A DNA stretch of 64,000 nucleotides from an uncultured Planctomycetota bacterium. Lineage in GTDB: Bacteria; Planctomycetota; B143-G9. Position 1 is the first letter of the stretch. Every line of letters starts with the position of its first letter. The position numbers and the translations under genes are program-made. The stretch spans positions 40,308 through 104,307 of the forward strand of contig CAZNBY010000003.1 of NCBI GenBank assembly GCA_964571525.1. The letters run 5' to 3'. Below the pieces are notes generated by a model, which ran no database searches, was not told where the DNA came from, and worked only from the letters and a program-made list of their open reading frames with translations. This document shows positions 8,096-18,352 of this stretch, piece after piece.

Positions 8096-8840
8096 ATTGC
8101 CCCTTTTCGATAAGCGAAATTCTTATTGAGCCGAATGTCGTACCCTGATGCACATCAACAAAGCCCTCTTTGACAAGCTCAAGCACCGCAAGAAATGTAG
8201 CGACAACCTCTATTCGCTCGGTTGCGCCGTCGAACAGCGACAGGAAGTCGAGTGAACGCGTCCTCCCGAGTCTTTCAAGCACTCCATCACGATACTGCGA
8301 AGCTGTCTTGTTGTTCAGCGTGATTATGCGTGACGCCTTAAAATATGTTGATTCAAGTATCCGCTGATATGCCGAAAATATGGTGTAGGCGTTGTATGTT
8401 GACTCATCCTCTTCAACCACGCGAGCGTTTTCGTTCCAGCCGCGCGGCGCGTATCTGCAAGACTCAAGCTGAAGCACCGACAGCCATTCCGCCCATTTTT
8501 TGCACTCTGAATATGTAAGTATCTGCCGTATCAGTTCTTCGCGAGGGTCGGTTGCTAATTCCTCATCGTCCTGTTCGGCTCCCGGCAGAATCCGCTTTGA
8601 CTTTATTACAAGAAGCGTCGCCGCGATAATAAGAAACTCGCCACCTATCTCGATATCAAGCTCCTTAGACCGCTCAAGAGTTGCGATATACTGGTCGCAT
8701 ATTTCAGAAAGCGACACCTCCCAGATGTCAACCTCCTGCGCGCGGATCAGGTGCAACAGCAATTCGAGCGGGCCTTCGAAACACCCTATGTCAATATGAA
8801 GCGGGGTCGCTGCTGAGGGTGATGCTGGAGTGTTTTCCAT
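8079..8840 (-). CDS. scpA: Segregation and condensation protein A, kleisin ScpA
   Basis: The N-terminus LHIDIGCFEGPLELLLHLIRAQEVDIWEVSLSEICDQYI is the conserved ScpA motif. Length is 253 aa. Confidence 0.8.
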   Translation of the reverse strand: MENTPASPSAATPLHIDIGCFEGPLELLLHLIRAQEVDIWEVSLSEICDQYIATLERSKELDIEIGGEFLIIAATLLVIKSKRILPGAEQDDEELATDPREELIRQILTYSECKKWAEWLSVLQLESCRYAPRGWNENARVVEEDESTYNAYTIFSAYQRILESTYFKASRIITLNNKTASQYRDGVLERLGRTRSLDFLSLFDGATERIEVVATFLAVLELVKEGFVDVHQGTTFGSIRISLIEKGQYERTV

Positions 8841-8846
8841 TACAAG

Positions 8847-9695
8847 CTAAAACCGGAATAATGTTGCCAGAAACTCGTCATAAACATGCTTGAAGACTAT
8901 GTACAGCATCGCGGCGAGCGATAGAAACGGCCCATATGCGATGTAGTGGTCTTTCTTTATTAGCATTTGAGGCACAGCGATAAGCAACCCGAAAAACGGT
9001 GCGGTAAAAAAGACCAGCAAAGCCGCCTGCCAGCCCAATAAGCAGCCTATCAAGGCCATCAGCTTCACATCGCCAAAACCCATTGCCTCTTTTTTGAATG
9101 CGTAGCTTCCGAACACGCCGGTCAGCCATGTTATACCCGCGCCTGTTGCTCCACCGATCAACGATGTCACAAGGCCGCTCAGAGGCTTCGCCCAACCCGA
9201 AGCAAAACCGACCTGGGGTGCGAGCTTATCACCCATTATAATAGCGAGGATAAGCGCGACAATGGTGCCGCCCATGCTTATCTCGTTGGGGATTATCTTG
9301 TGATCGAAGTCAATGAATGTAACCGCAATAAGTGCAGCGGCCAAGGCGCAATGAACTGCGAATACCGCGTAACCGACGGGCGGGGCGAATATGCCAATAA
9401 TGTCAACAGCAAAAAGCCCCACGAACATCGCGGCGGTCAGAAACTCGACGAACGGATAGCGCAATGGGATGTCAACGCCGCACTTACGGCATTTACCCAT
9501 CAGCACAATGTAGCTTACAAGCGGGATGTTGTCGAACCAGCGGATGGGTGTGCTGCACTTCGGACAGTGGGACCCGGGCGATAGCAACGACTTTTCGAGC
9601 GGAAGCCGGTAGATCACCACATTGAGAAAGCTGCCGATACACGCGCCCAGAAACGCGGCGTAAAGCGTGTAGATGAAGATTTGTATGTCTGTCAA
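8847..9695 (-). CDS. pilD: Prepilin (type IV leader) peptidase, A24 family
   Basis: N-terminal CxxC...CxxC zinc-binding segment (CPKCSTPIRWFDNIPLVSYIVLMGKCRKCG) followed by a polytopic membrane domain. Total length is 282 aa. It lies 6 bp upstream of scpA. Confidence 0.85.
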   Translation of the reverse strand: MTDIQIFIYTLYAAFLGACIGSFLNVVIYRLPLEKSLLSPGSHCPKCSTPIRWFDNIPLVSYIVLMGKCRKCGVDIPLRYPFVEFLTAAMFVGLFAVDIIGIFAPPVGYAVFAVHCALAAALIAVTFIDFDHKIIPNEISMGGTIVALILAIIMGDKLAPQVGFASGWAKPLSGLVTSLIGGATGAGITWLTGVFGSYAFKKEAMGFGDVKLMALIGCLLGWQAALLVFFTAPFFGLLIAVPQMLIKKDHYIAYGPFLSLAAMLYIVFKHVYDEFLATLFRF

Positions 9696-10217
9696 CGCGC
9701 CCCCGCATGTGTAATGACGATTTGCTGAAAAGCCAGTTACTGTTTGCGTTCTTCAGTATATCCGAAGTGGCGAAAAGTAGCAATAAAAGCCCCTTGGCAA
9801 CCTCCAAAAACGCCGAACTATCTGCCCCATGCCACAAGTTAATCCGTATCAGAGGCCGCTCCTTAGAATGCGAAACATGCCTCTTTGCTTCTTCGTTTCG
9901 AGTCTCATTCTCGGCTCGAACGCATCTATTCACGCCTAAGCGAGTTTTGTCATTTCAAAGTCAGCTTCATAGGCACAAACACATGCCTGTGCATCTTACA
10001 AGCCAGATTGTTTCTGCCAGTAGGATGTCGAAAGACTTTTGCTCATCAAAGATTGCGAGAACACCCTCCTCAATGACTCTCTGTGTGGTAGGAGTTTGTC
10101 CCTTTACCCCCGAAAGCATCCTTCCGGGTCATAATGACCTCTATCATTGCAGCCTCTCTTTCTGCGACGACCTTAATAGGCCGCTCGGCAGATAGGATGA
10201 CTTTTTTCAGAATCTTG

Positions 10218-10246
10218 TTGACAACGCGGAAACCGCAATGTATAAT
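10218..10246 (+). promoter_or_regulatory. Consensus sigma70-type promoter: TTGACA, 17-nt spacer, TATAAT
   Basis: TTGACA is at 10218-10223 and TATAAT at 10241-10246, with exactly 17 nt between them. It lies about 75 nt upstream of the ATG at 10323, and GGAGGA precedes that ATG as a ribosome-binding site. Confidence 0.5.
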
Positions 10247-10322
10247 GGGTGAGTTACTTCAGTTTTTAGAGGTGGCCTTTAGAGGTAACCGCAGGTTATA
10301 GTAATAACAACGGAGGACTTTT

Positions 10323-11267
10323 ATGCATCGAACAATGATTTGTGTGTCTCTGTTTATCTGCCTCACATTAATTGTTTGCAACACAGAAGGAGCTATTACT
10401 GTGCCAGGCACTAATTGCATCGTGAATCTAAGCGCCTGGACATTAAGTAAGCTGGGACCAAGCAATGAAAAACACAACGCCAGCGTGGGCACAGTTGAAG
10501 GAGATAATTTCATCGGTGACTTTGACGAAAATGGAAATCCAAATCTACGAGTGGCTTATGATTTATGGGTAAATCCTGATAACAACCATCCTGAGCCAGT
10601 AGAGACAGATCCACCCATACCTCCCTTCATAACAGCGATAACGTATAATGTCAGCATCTTGTATGTCAATTCAGAAGGTGTGGAGCAAGAGATTATTAAC
10701 GCGGAGATTGGTTACGACGAACAAACTACTGCAGTTGAACAGGCAACCAATATCACAGGATACCAGCCAGGAGGTAACATCCTTGTAGCGGATTCAACCA
10801 ATGAACCAATAAGGTACGATCCCGACGTCTTCTTTAATGCTCTACCATCAGGCAGACTGATCATTACGGTAACATGCACGAAGTGCGGAGGAACCGCTAC
10901 AATTGACAGATTGGTGTTCTATAGACATACGAACATCACGCGAGTTATCCTTGTTTCATTCGATAATGTCTCAAATCCTGGTAATGATCTTGCGGTAGGA
11001 GACAATTTCACGGTTAGCGTAGGTTTCACTCCAAGAGATTGGGTGAATTCATATAACATTTACACAGATGTGATCGATAAGGTTCGTGTCTCAATAAATG
11101 GTCCGGCCCCATCAACCATCTACCAAGCAACGAATCCACCTAACAAGATTACCTCCGACCAATATCAGATCGCAACGGGAGGAGCGAATCCCAGCGCAAA
11201 GGCGTGGGGTAAAATGCAAGATGAAGGAGGATACGTCACCGATACAGAGGATCTGGTGTTTCAGTAA
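10323..11267 (+). CDS. Secreted hypothetical protein of 314 aa
   Basis: Signal-peptide-like N-terminus (MHRTMICVSLFICLTLIVCNTEGA). Composition is rich in Asn, Thr and Gly, typical of beta-rich extracellular proteins. A strong RBS precedes the start. Confidence 0.6.
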   Translation: MHRTMICVSLFICLTLIVCNTEGAITVPGTNCIVNLSAWTLSKLGPSNEKHNASVGTVEGDNFIGDFDENGNPNLRVAYDLWVNPDNNHPEPVETDPPIPPFITAITYNVSILYVNSEGVEQEIINAEIGYDEQTTAVEQATNITGYQPGGNILVADSTNEPIRYDPDVFFNALPSGRLIITVTCTKCGGTATIDRLVFYRHTNITRVILVSFDNVSNPGNDLAVGDNFTVSVGFTPRDWVNSYNIYTDVIDKVRVSINGPAPSTIYQATNPPNKITSDQYQIATGGANPSAKAWGKMQDEGGYVTDTEDLVFQ

Positions 11268-11320
11268 TTCAGATCGGCAAGGGGGCATTTATTGCCCCCC
11301 TTACCATAACAAATCGAGCT

Positions 11321-14300
11321 ATGAAATACGCATCGTTTTTGATCATTCTTCTTATGAGCTTTTGTCTTCTCGGTTTCGGCGAGAACGATAAAACCATAGA
11401 TCCACTGTACAGTTTGTTCGAGTCGCTGCCCGACTCTCCCAGTGAAGTCGAATTTGCTTCATTTCTCAATGAGGTGAAGAAGGTGGCGCATTTTAATCCT
11501 GGCATTCCATTCACTTTTAATGGTACATTTGAGACTTCACTGTACAAAATTCTCGGGCTCGGCGATTTCTACGACTCATACTTGCAGAACGACGAACGAA
11601 AATTGGAGCGCAGCCGTGAAAGCGAGGACATATCACTTACTCGCGACAAGCTGAAACAATACTTGCTGTGGAACAGCCTGCCAGCCCTCGTGCTGGAGAG
11701 TAACTGTACCGATCCGAAGAAGGACGACATCAACCTGCGCGTCTCATATTCCCTCTTCATCTGTCGGGCTTATCGTCAGCGGTACGCGGAATCTCTGTTA
11801 AACCCATTCACAAAGCAGATAGCGCAAACGGCAATTGAGGGGATCGAGAAATTCCCGATAAAGAACGATCTTGACAACCGGTATCAATCCTATATCGAAA
11901 ATCGAGCGAATCAGCTTGAAATCGCAGGTGATAACCTTCAGCAGCAGATAGCATCCGTAATGAAACTGGCAAACGAAAAGTCCGGCGATTACCTCTATCT
12001 AATCACCCTGTTGCACTGGTTGGAGTTGAACATTCCGGCAGAGGCGATTTTCGTCAAACCGATTCCGAATGAGATTCTCCTTGAAGTTGACCATTACGAT
12101 TGCTACAGCATAGTGCATGAGTACGTGCAGTCCTGGGTTTTCGGCGATCTCGACAAGCTGTTCATTCCGGACAACGGCGAGCGAATCTTCCGCGATCGTA
12201 CTCCCGGAGTAAACCTGCTTCTTGTATTCGTTGGCTCGTTTCTCGTCGATGCGATCATGAACAGAGAAGACGGCATTGCTGCGCGAAACAGTATACTCTT
12301 CCGATTTCATATAGGAGTCGGCAATCATTTCGATTATTGTGGCTGGCCCAGTTCATTTCTCAATCGATATTCCCGCTACATCAAAGAGTGTCGGCTTGAG
12401 AGAACCTATGGTCAATATGGTAACAGCACTCAGCCGCGACATTTTTTGAAGCTTGTGGAGGAGAGCGAAGGGGCTTCCTGTTGGTTTATCGGCAACTATG
12501 TTCCGGCAACCGAAATCGGCTCAAGAAGAGTGGAAAGCGATTTTGTATATCCGATAATCAAGCCTGTATGTCATCCAAGGTACCAGGGATTTCTGGACGG
12601 TATTGAGAGCGATGCAAAGGAGATCCGGGAATTGCTTGGAAGCACAGATTCGTTCGAATGGAACAAATACTACAGTATAAAAGAACACGATATCGAGCGA
12701 GAATACCCCATCGAACAAACGGTCCATCACAAGTACACCCTTGCTGGGGCTGCAGAGCATCTTGCCGATGGATGGCTCGAGAAAATCATGTTCGGACATG
12801 CAAAGTACAGCGAACCTGTCGAGAAGACCGTTCAACGCCTGGATCGCGCGGTCTATTACCATTACGCGAAGACAAGACTTAGGGTATATCAGATGGCATC
12901 ACCCGGGCCGGTCAGCGATATGTTCTATCCTGTTTTCTACGTTGAAGTTACCCCGGATGCAAGCGTAAGGCCGGATGAGTGTCTCGCTTCTTACATTGTG
13001 AAGGGTAAAGATTGGGTAAGACGCACCAATATTCATTCACTTGCTTATGACTGGTGGTGTCTGGAGCTTGTGGGGTACGATTGGTACAAGGAAAAGCGCA
13101 AGCAGGTTGAAGACCTTGCAGTGAAAGCCAACGCGGATTTTGAAAAGGACTCCAGAGCAACAAACGAAGCAAACTGGAAATGGTCAAGTGAACGTAATGG
13201 AAAATCGATGGAATCCAAGGCGGTTGTGGATCCGGATGCTCCAACTACCGAAGAACTGAAGGCTCATTTCGAAAGAGTCTATATTGAGTATCGCCAGGCT
13301 ATCGAGCAGTTGCCTGACGAGCCTGATGAGAATGATAAGAGGATTTTCTTCGACAAAATGAAGAGCATTCTGAAACTGGTGCCTTCCGCACCGTCAGCCG
13401 TTCGATCAGGACTACCCTGGACAACTCCCCCCTCCGCGTACTGTTTATCTTTCTTCTGTATTCCGGAAATGATGTTAGGTATGCCATTTATGAGACATAC
13501 TCACTTCGCCAGTTCCGTCGGACACACTATTTCCACAACAACGAAAAAGGACTTCTTCATAGAAACCTGCTTTGTAAGACTGCTTCTTGAGGGGGAATTC
13601 GAGCGGAGAATGCTGAGAAACCAAAGTCTGAAGTACTATCTCAAGGATGAAAAAGCCCTTGAGGAATACCGATATCAGGCAGCATTTATCCTGATGGGAT
13701 TGTTGCGACTGCGTGAAAACGCCCTCATTCGCGAGGATCTGCGGGAATCGCATACCCTGCAGATGGCCGAACTCGACAACCTTGACGCAAAATACAAACT
13801 CACAGAACGGTACATGCAATCAGTTAAAGAAACTGAGAAACGCCTTGATTTAGCATCGCTTCCAAACGAAGTTGTGATAAAAAGGCTGAAATCATTTCTT
13901 TTTCCCGGCGACAAGCATTTGCCAGAGCTAACGGCAATGTTGAACTGGTTGTTTTCCACTTGCCCCAACAGTCTGTTTCTGGATGCCGAACCACCAGATG
14001 TTATCCCGGTCAAGGATATCGTCAAATACAATACACTGTTGAGCAGATATGTCAAACCTGATTATCTCAACCAGAAGAAGAACTCCTGGTCAGACAGAAG
14101 AGGCAGAACAATCGCATCTCCGCTTCAGATAGTCACAGATATCAGAGTGCTATCGACGTTCTTCCCGTGTATCATCAATGGCGAAGACGCGAGTCTTCTT
14201 CGAAGCACATATTTTGCGAATGCATTCGGTATGACGATGGGAGACGGAATCGCATTCAATACACTGCGTATTCTTACTACCGGCGAGGCGCAGAAATCGC

Positions 14301-15214
14301 TCGACAAAATCTACAAGACATCGATTTTGCCGACTTGGAAGATGGCCTTTGAAGCGTGTGAGACGCCTGAGTTCAATGCAACAGTAATCAGGGAAGGAAA
14401 GCTCAAGGACATTTGGCTCCCGCTGTACGTAAAAACCACTGAACCGATCGGCACATTCACAAGCGACGACGCATATCCTATTCCTGTGCTATTCTCGCAT
14501 GGACGGGACGAATTCACAAATGCGCTTCTCGACGAGAAAGGTTCAGCGTTCTCTTTCTACAAATCTACGAATGTACTAAAGCAGGATTTTTCACAAAACA
14601 CGAATGATACCTCTGTAAGGCGGTACAAGTGCCCACTCAGACTGAATGTGCCGTACGATTTTTCCACCGACGCATTGGCAGTGAGAACGGTTACGACAGA
14701 GCCATGGGAGAGTCCAATACCTGGTTTGTCGGACGAGCAGTTTTCTGGTCTCATGAAGGGAGTCAAAACTAATATTTACGAACGCGTGGTGTTTGCACAC
14801 TACCCAAGCGTGACCTGGAAGGCTTTCTCAAGCAAGGAAAACTTTTCTCCATTATTGAGGAAACCCGGTAGATACAGTAACTTTGTGGCATATTCTATCC
14901 TGCCGGGTGAAGATGATGTGCCAGATCAATTTGTCCCTGGGATGCTGAATTCTTCAGGCAACGGTCTATTCGATAGGGCTGTTCCACAATCCAATGGACA
15001 GTATATCTACCCGCATATTCTCAGAATTCGGGAAAATCCTACTTGCCAGGCCATGCTTGACACTGGCGACGAATTGCTTGAAGAAGTCAGGAAACTCGCA
15101 AGATTGGAAACAGAGAACATCAGTGAGAAGAAGCGTGAACTGTGGGAAGAATGGGGAGGACGCGGCGATTTCATATACTGGTTGTTTGATATGCCGATCT
15201 GGTCGGGGGAATGA
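11321..15214 (+). CDS. Large secreted hypothetical protein of 1297 aa
   Basis: Signal peptide MKYASFLIILLMSFCLLGFG. No recognisable catalytic motif. It shares a conserved core of about 150 aa with the downstream 642-aa protein (HFLKLVEESEGASCWFIGNYVPATEIGSRRVESDFVYPII against QFELLKEGETGPAYFIGMHSPCNERGAEFIETDSIYPIL). Confidence 0.7.
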   Translation: MKYASFLIILLMSFCLLGFGENDKTIDPLYSLFESLPDSPSEVEFASFLNEVKKVAHFNPGIPFTFNGTFETSLYKILGLGDFYDSYLQNDERKLERSRESEDISLTRDKLKQYLLWNSLPALVLESNCTDPKKDDINLRVSYSLFICRAYRQRYAESLLNPFTKQIAQTAIEGIEKFPIKNDLDNRYQSYIENRANQLEIAGDNLQQQIASVMKLANEKSGDYLYLITLLHWLELNIPAEAIFVKPIPNEILLEVDHYDCYSIVHEYVQSWVFGDLDKLFIPDNGERIFRDRTPGVNLLLVFVGSFLVDAIMNREDGIAARNSILFRFHIGVGNHFDYCGWPSSFLNRYSRYIKECRLERTYGQYGNSTQPRHFLKLVEESEGASCWFIGNYVPATEIGSRRVESDFVYPIIKPVCHPRYQGFLDGIESDAKEIRELLGSTDSFEWNKYYSIKEHDIEREYPIEQTVHHKYTLAGAAEHLADGWLEKIMFGHAKYSEPVEKTVQRLDRAVYYHYAKTRLRVYQMASPGPVSDMFYPVFYVEVTPDASVRPDECLASYIVKGKDWVRRTNIHSLAYDWWCLELVGYDWYKEKRKQVEDLAVKANADFEKDSRATNEANWKWSSERNGKSMESKAVVDPDAPTTEELKAHFERVYIEYRQAIEQLPDEPDENDKRIFFDKMKSILKLVPSAPSAVRSGLPWTTPPSAYCLSFFCIPEMMLGMPFMRHTHFASSVGHTISTTTKKDFFIETCFVRLLLEGEFERRMLRNQSLKYYLKDEKALEEYRYQAAFILMGLLRLRENALIREDLRESHTLQMAELDNLDAKYKLTERYMQSVKETEKRLDLASLPNEVVIKRLKSFLFPGDKHLPELTAMLNWLFSTCPNSLFLDAEPPDVIPVKDIVKYNTLLSRYVKPDYLNQKKNSWSDRRGRTIASPLQIVTDIRVLSTFFPCIINGEDASLLRSTYFANAFGMTMGDGIAFNTLRILTTGEAQKSLDKIYKTSILPTWKMAFEACETPEFNATVIREGKLKDIWLPLYVKTTEPIGTFTSDDAYPIPVLFSHGRDEFTNALLDEKGSAFSFYKSTNVLKQDFSQNTNDTSVRRYKCPLRLNVPYDFSTDALAVRTVTTEPWESPIPGLSDEQFSGLMKGVKTNIYERVVFAHYPSVTWKAFSSKENFSPLLRKPGRYSNFVAYSILPGEDDVPDQFVPGMLNSSGNGLFDRAVPQSNGQYIYPHILRIRENPTCQAMLDTGDELLEEVRKLARLETENISEKKRELWEEWGGRGDFIYWLFDMPIWSGE

Positions 15215-15553
15215 TAAAACACTGAACCAGTATAACATCCCGCTTACAGGCGCACAGATGCGAAGGTTATAGACTTTGGGAAGCAAACATGTAGAGATCG
15301 TTAATTGTGCTGCCCCCACTTTATGGTCCAGTCGTTATGAGAGTTTTAGGTTTCACAGATAATCGTTTGTCAACCTCATCGGGCGAAGGACTGAGCATAG
15401 CGAAGGCCGAAGCCCGATATTGCGTCGCGTACTTTGCGGGGGGCATGTATCCATGCGAACTGTGCGGCCGCATTGCCTCCCCCTCACCTTAAGAACATGT
15501 GGTAGTATTACTTTTGCAATGCTTTCGGACGAGGTTATCAAAGTGGGTTTAGA

Positions 15554-17482
15554 ATGAGAAACATGCTCGCTCTTACTCTTATCCTGATGAACTTGATCTT
15601 GCTCACTAACCTTCCTCTGTACAGTGAGGAGGATGTAGACAACACACCTGATTGGTACGCAGTGTATCAGATGCTGCCCGAGATTCCGACCGATGATGAC
15701 CTCGACAGGTGCTTTAACTACTTAAACGAGCGGATTCTGCTTCGTGCGCCGGATCCGTCTTTTGTTGCTAATTACCAGTCCCATAGTCGCGTAATCAACA
15801 GGGTGGTTCCTGTGAATCTAAAAGAATATCCCCTCAAGCGTTTCTCGCGGTCGGAAAACATGCCGCCACCGGGGTTTGAGGGAAAGACGAAGAGGGAGGC
15901 TTGCCGGTCGTCCTACAAGTCCCTTTCGCTGCAACTGCTTCGCGCCCGGCTGATATGCGAGGGCAAAATGGCCGAGGGTGAAAGGGATATGACGCTGCTT
16001 GAAAAGGCGATGCTCTGCAGGTACGCGATTGCGTTAATTCCATGGAGTTCTACCGAATGGCCGATCCTATGCAAGCGAGAGGTGAACGACTGGTACGCGG
16101 AACAAAGCAGGAAACTCGATGAGAGATTTGGTCTTCTGAAGGCGATAGACAACAAGATAACCTCGGTATGCGATGGATTTGGGATTGTTGGTGCCACCTT
16201 TGAAGAGAGACTCGCGAAGTGGGAGGCGATTGCAGACGAACCTAACTTGGATCATTTCAAATCCTCAGCGCTTCAACATTGGCTTGTCATAAACTGCACC
16301 CCCGATGACATTCTGAAGGACCCGAAGAATGTACCAATATCATTTAGAAATGGTGCTCCTTCCATAATAGAGGACTATGTGAAACGCAGTTTTTTTAAGA
16401 TGGAGGATGTAAATGAAGTGCGAGGCGATAGGGAAAATCTCAACTCATCGGTATTGAAGGGAATGCACCTACGAAGGTTTCTGTGGACTTTGCTTGATGA
16501 CAAGTTCAAGTGCATTTTGGGTCACAACTCACTCCGATTTGTCAGCATGAAGCCTGAACACATACCATTCTTTTCGTCAACACAACGCAATCAGTTTTCA
16601 AAACCAAGTGTCACTTATGATTATTCGGTTGTGAACAATTCACGGATAGATGAGAAGCGGTACCAGTTCGAGCTACTCAAGGAGGGAGAAACTGGGCCTG
16701 CATACTTTATCGGGATGCACAGTCCCTGTAATGAACGGGGCGCAGAGTTCATAGAGACAGATTCGATCTATCCCATTCTTTTCTGGCATACGAACTGCCC
16801 GTACGGCGCAGAGATGCTGAACAGCATGTACAGGATAGATTTCGGCTTTGCGCCTTCGATCAATCGCACAGATCTATTCTATTGGTCTCAGAACATGCAC
16901 TTTCTGAACGAGGAACCGGACAAGACCGACAGAAACCTGTTTACGATAAACAGAGACTTGGAGTATGACCTTACCAACGAAGGCAGAAACAAGCTGATGA
17001 ACGATGCTGCTCTTCGGAAGATGTACACCAACGGGTCATCATTCAAGACGGACGAACCACAAATGCCCGACGGTTACGACTTCCCCGTTGTTTACAAATA
17101 CAACCGCGCAAGGTACAAAATCTACGGTTTTATGCACTATGATGCCGAGACTTGCCAGCCCGGGGCGCGGTTTGCCCTGTGTTTGATGGTTGTTACACCG
17201 CCGGATGATTCCCAGCCGTATAAGGTGTTGATTTGTCCCACATCGAAGAAATACGCGACCACAATCCGCAAGATGGGGCTTTCACACTACGGCGATATAG
17301 TATGGACAGCTGCTGAGTTCAAGACGCATGCCGAGAACATGGAACAGCTTAAGTGGATAGAGGATTATACAACCAAGCTGCATTACAGACAGAAGGAGGA
17401 AAATGAGGAGGCAAAGAAGAGAATCGAAGCCTTCAAACGCCTGTTTCAGTATATTCCCCAAGATGCAAAGAATCCAAATTAG
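15554..17482 (+). CDS. Secreted hypothetical protein of 642 aa, partial paralog of the 1297-aa protein
   Basis: Signal peptide MRNMLALTLILMNLILLTNLPLYS. Contains the shared conserved block described for the 1297-aa protein. Confidence 0.7.
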   Translation: MRNMLALTLILMNLILLTNLPLYSEEDVDNTPDWYAVYQMLPEIPTDDDLDRCFNYLNERILLRAPDPSFVANYQSHSRVINRVVPVNLKEYPLKRFSRSENMPPPGFEGKTKREACRSSYKSLSLQLLRARLICEGKMAEGERDMTLLEKAMLCRYAIALIPWSSTEWPILCKREVNDWYAEQSRKLDERFGLLKAIDNKITSVCDGFGIVGATFEERLAKWEAIADEPNLDHFKSSALQHWLVINCTPDDILKDPKNVPISFRNGAPSIIEDYVKRSFFKMEDVNEVRGDRENLNSSVLKGMHLRRFLWTLLDDKFKCILGHNSLRFVSMKPEHIPFFSSTQRNQFSKPSVTYDYSVVNNSRIDEKRYQFELLKEGETGPAYFIGMHSPCNERGAEFIETDSIYPILFWHTNCPYGAEMLNSMYRIDFGFAPSINRTDLFYWSQNMHFLNEEPDKTDRNLFTINRDLEYDLTNEGRNKLMNDAALRKMYTNGSSFKTDEPQMPDGYDFPVVYKYNRARYKIYGFMHYDAETCQPGARFALCLMVVTPPDDSQPYKVLICPTSKKYATTIRKMGLSHYGDIVWTAAEFKTHAENMEQLKWIEDYTTKLHYRQKEENEEAKKRIEAFKRLFQYIPQDAKNPN

Positions 17483-17539
17483 GCATAAGGCTGTACCAAG
17501 TGCATTGTCGCAAATGCGTGATTCTATGTAGTTCTTGCG

Positions 17540-18352
17540 TCAACCCTTAACTGCGCCTGCGGTAAGGCCCGATATCAGGTGTTTTTGCGCGAATAAAAAC
17601 ACTATCAACGCGGGTATCACTGCAATTGATATCGCCGCCGCTGTTGCGGGTATGTCAGCGCCGAAGTCGTGCGCAAGGTCCTCCACGCCCAACGGCAATG
17701 TGTATTTGCTGCGAGTGTTTATCATCGTCAGAGCGAACGCAAATTCGTTGTAGTTCATCACAAAGTTGTATATCGCTACAACAGCAATCGCGGGACGAGA
17801 AAGGGGCAGGGCGATGAAGAAGAATGTCTGCCACTCGCTGCAACCATCCAACTTTGCCGCCTCGAAAAGCTCCTTTGGCAGAGCCTCGAACGAGTTCTTC
17901 AGTATGAGTATCGTCAAAGCGAGGCCGAATGCGGTGTAGATCGCGCCGAGTGCGAACAGTGTATCATAAATCCCAAGTAGCTGGGTGGTCTTCATCAACG
18001 GCAGCAGAGTGATGTGGATAGGTATGGTAAGCCCTATCACCAATGCAACGCCTACGATTGATTTGCCAAAAAATCTGCGCCTTGCCAGAGCGTATGCCGC
18101 TGGAGCAGCGAGCATAATAGTTAATATGACGCTGCCTGCAGTTACAAGAAAGCTGTTGATAAGATAGCGCAGAAATGGAACCTCAGAAAACACTCTGCTG
18201 TAGTTTTCGAGCGATGGCGTGAAGAACGGCATTAGCGGGTTTGTGGTGAAATCAGCCTGAGATTTGAACGAAGTTGTGAACATCCAAAGGAAAGGCAGCC
18301 CGAATGCGGCTATGACGAAGACGAATGCAAAAATGCGCATCCCGCGTATCAT
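17540..18352 (-). CDS. Carbohydrate ABC transporter permease, UgpE/MalG type
   Basis: Six-TM BPD_transp_1-type permease. The EAA-like loop is EAAKLDGCSEWQTFFFIALPLSRPA. Confidence 0.85.
   Translation of the reverse strand: MIRGMRIFAFVFVIAAFGLPFLWMFTTSFKSQADFTTNPLMPFFTPSLENYSRVFSEVPFLRYLINSFLVTAGSVILTIMLAAPAAYALARRRFFGKSIVGVALVIGLTIPIHITLLPLMKTTQLLGIYDTLFALGAIYTAFGLALTILILKNSFEALPKELFEAAKLDGCSEWQTFFFIALPLSRPAIAVVAIYNFVMNYNEFAFALTMINTRSKYTLPLGVEDLAHDFGADIPATAAAISIAVIPALIVFLFAQKHLISGLTAGAVKG

Noticed and set aside
9696-10217. The roughly 600-bp gap between pilD and the secreted-protein cluster, as a possible small RNA or gene
   Set aside because: The ORFs there (146 aa and 162 aa) overlap each other antisense and have no RBS or domain. 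I could identify no conserved ncRNA structure by eye. I left it as a divergent promoter region.
11279-11302. GC-rich hairpin after the 314-aa gene, as a terminator
   Set aside because: A stem of about 7 bp is present but no T-tract follows. It could be a weak or factor-dependent terminator, or simply RNA structure. I did not call it.
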